This document shows, one piece after another, positions 61,072-64,000 of a DNA stretch of 64,000 bases (position 1 is its first letter; the number at the start of each line of letters is the position of its first letter). This DNA comes from Psilocybe cubensis (Eukaryota). Both the position numbers and the translations under genes were made by a program. A model generated the notes under the pieces. The model saw only the letters and a list, made by a program, of their open reading frames with translations. It was not told the origin of the DNA and made no database searches. The stretch is from assembly GCA_017499595.2 (NCBI GenBank), contig CM039003.1:2976001-3040000 (forward strand), given 5' to 3'.

Positions 61072-63774
61072 CTATGAAGCATGAGAAAAAGAACCGTGCC
61101 GAGAGTGCGCGTGAGGGGAAGTCAGATGTGGAGATGTTTGTGATCCATGTCGAATGCTGGAGTGTATTTGGTGTATCCAAGCCTTGACCATCCGATAACG
61201 ATCTTCCACGTCGGTCTTGGTGCTTAACGCCCTGACGACAAAGGATCCGTTGTGTTTCGCGCCTTGTGCTAACCTCGCCAACCAGTAGAAAGGTGATGCA
61301 TTGTGCACGAAGGCATTGTCAGGATTGTGTTGCTCTAGACGTAGAGCTTCATGGTTGCTAGACCATATTTGATGCCAATTGTGGAGCGCACACTGGATAG
61401 TAAGCGTATCGACTGCATCCGGATCACTGGCGCCATTCGTTGGTATGGGCCTAGGGGTCTGAGGCGGCAGAAACACGTCCCTCAAAATGCTGTGTATAAG
61501 AATAAATGCAGAGAATGGGTTGACAGTGTAAGGGAAGGCTGCTGGGGCCTGTTCCTTGAGGGCAGCGAGCGACATCTGCAAGCTCATGCCGAGAATGCGG
61601 GCGCTCCCTATTCCGTAATTAGAAGGCATGGTTTGAAGTTGGTACCAATCTTGTGCGGTCTGCGCCCTCCAGAGATCATCATCCGCCGGAAGATTGATAT
61701 CCAGCTCAGAGTTTGTAAGTGCAGGTTGGCCCGAGTAGTACACTCCGTGTACGCAGTCCTGGACATAAGCCAAGAGGAGTGCTCTAATAATAGATTCGAC
61801 ATTCAGGAGAGGTGGGAGGAGAAAGATCAAGAGTGACATACCGTTTGAACGTCTCGTACCTGGCCCAGTCTCTCCAAGAATTTTCCAGATACTGCGGATT
61901 GGAGAACTCAGGAGGAGGCCAGGATTGGGTGAGTTTGATCAAGCCGGACTTTCGAATCATCTGTGAATATTAAGAAGCATCGTGTGGGTGCATAGTGAGC
62001 AATGTTATGTTCTGTGTATGGAGGCAACACTTACCATAACGAGAATCTCGTGGTAAACTTTGGACAGCGCCCGTTGGTCCGGCCGGCACTGAATTAACCC
62101 AATCGACTGCAGAAGAACCACAGTTAAGATTAGATTCATATGATCTTTGAGAGTGCAAGTTGGCTTCGACTGGCAGCGAAACAATGAAGAGAGGAAAAAA
62201 GTAGAACCGCGGTGTCAATGACGAAATAATTTGATGAAAGATCAAATACTTACATATTCCATGATTAGCGTATCCCGCGACGTAGTTAGAACTTTGCCAA
62301 TGTATTCAATTGATGTAGGAGTTTTGGCAAACAAGGCGCCGCAAGCTTGCATTGCGCTCAACAGAAGAGGAGGGACTGTCTCCATTCTCCATGATGGGTG
62401 GTGGCAGAGCGGAATCTGGTGATTGAACTCTGAGAAAAAGAGGAAGACTACCATGGATAGATAACAATTAGGAAACGTCCACTGTAATGAAATAATCATG
62501 AACAAATAACATACGGTACTGGTTCAACTCCTCGGTGGTCGGATCCGTTTGCGCCGAGGAATGAGCAAAGGGAGAGGGCGTGGTTTGACTTGCTTGTGGA
62601 ATTGTGGAGAAAGTATGTCTCAAAAAGGGCGATTTTCCAGATGAGGCAGGATTCAGGTTCGCGGAGTTATTGACAAAGTCCATATTTGTCGGTAGACAAT
62701 GCGACTGCGAGTACAGGGACGGGTCGCTATTGCCGTATACGGCACTAGTCCGGTTTGTTTCGAACCAACCTGACAGATCTGTTTCGGTTTGGACTCGAGG
62801 GACACACGGGGAATAGCCGTCCTCCACGAACGGGTCGACCGTGTTTGGGAAGTAGTCGTTGTTGTAGTCTGCTTCGAGTTCCAGCGCCTCGAAACTCATA
62901 TTGAATGAGTTGGAAAGCTTGCGACCATCGAAGTAGTCCAGTTGCGGAGATGACCGAGAAGAGCAGGCAGATGAAGAACAAGCAGAAGAAGAACAATCAG
63001 AAGTCTGGAGACCAAATGAAGATCCCGGTAGTAATTGGCCTGTAGGAGGCGGAGAAACAAGATACGAAAGGTTATCTTGTTGGCCATGTGAGCCAAAGGA
63101 AAACGTCGAGGATGGACTGGATGGTCCCAGAGAGTCCAAGCTTGTCGTTGATTCCGAGAAGTCGCCTTCACTGGATACCACGGATGGGGCGGGTTTGCCC
63201 GCCTTTTTGGCGATTTTTCTATTGCGGGATGCCTCGGGATCGTTGATGAATACGCATTCCCTGCCTCGCGACGAGCATTTGGAACAAGGTTGCTGGAGAT
63301 TGCATTTAACTTTGGACTCTGCGCATGCCTTTTGGTCCTCGTGAGTTATCCTTCTGATGAATCAAAATGCGCAAGCGGGCATACCTGACACGACTTTCTT
63401 CTGGATCGATTCACATTTCTGCTTCACGATAGCATGGTTAGCCAAAGCTCTCGATGAAGATACACTGAACACATACGAGTCCCCACAGGTTCGCTTATGT
63501 CGCGTTAATAAATCGCTACGAGTAAACTCGGCATTGCATATCTGTTAATTGACGTCAAAACGGAGAAGTGGGGGTGGGTCTCCTGAGAGAATTCTTACAT
63601 TGCACCGATGTGCACGTTCGTTGGTGTCTATTAGACATTGCTCATGAGGTGCAAGATAGAAGAACTTTTGATAGTGAAAAGCATACGTGAACGAAGGTGT
63701 CTATTAAGATGCGTTGTTCGCGTGAATTTGGCAGGGCACAACGCGCAATATTTGGTTTGCGGTAGTGAAGGCAT
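61072..63774 (-). CDS. Transcription factor with two C2H2 fingers, a Zn2Cys6 cluster and a fungal-specific TF domain
   Basis: CALCPAKFTRTTHLNRHLRSH; CNAEFTRSDLLTRHKRTC; CQACAESKVKCNLQQPCSKCSSRGREC; QIPLCHHPSW...PPLLLSAMQACGALF; LPADDDLWRA; alternative ATG at 63813. Confidence 0.92.
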
Positions 63775-64000
63775 GTTACCTAATGACGAGTGCCACTTTG
63801 AAGAATAGACCATGCTGATAATAACATTTACGGACCTTTATGACTTCGCATTCTACTGACTTCGCCATTCGCTTTCAAGTCGATACTGTTTTTAATCGTA
63901 GTTTCGGTCAAGGGCAAGTGTGGCATGATGGTTGGAGGTTGTTGAGTAGGGGCAAAACGTTCCTTGTTATATAAGCCCTCTAGGTCACATATTAGTATTT

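Overview
Intron-rich eukaryotic DNA with mostly ~50-65 nt GT-AG introns. Gene content and architecture point to an agaricomycete (mushroom-forming basidiomycete) nuclear genome; this is inferred, not confirmed. Left to right: mitochondrial FAD glycerol-3-phosphate dehydrogenase (GUT2), a small F-box-like hypothetical gene, two diverged F-box paralogs (the second C-terminally truncated), a fungal-specific GST (GSTFuA-like), a decayed gene, a GCN4/CpcA-type bZIP gene, a TA-flanked MITE plus repeat debris, an (AGGAAGG)n microsatellite, a secreted M43 metalloprotease, cofilin, two tandem DUF6534-like membrane-protein genes, alpha-actinin, FACT subunit POB3, a large RA+PH-domain gene, an intact young Ty3/gypsy chromovirus (299-bp LTRs that read identical, GAATC TSD), an intron-containing tRNA-Leu(AAG), a kinesin-7, a GFA/Mss4-like gene, another pseudogene and a C2H2+Zn2Cys6 transcription factor. 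Two signals stand out. (1) The retrotransposon has no tRNA primer-binding site, only C(T)9GAAGC, which can pair either with its own LTR by G:U wobble or with its own poly(A) end. (2) The GCN4-like gene has a layered 5' leader: a predicted leader intron that removes all upstream AUGs, three uORFs, and a leader that stays stop-free in the main frame whether spliced or not. All exon boundaries were read by eye and are unverified.
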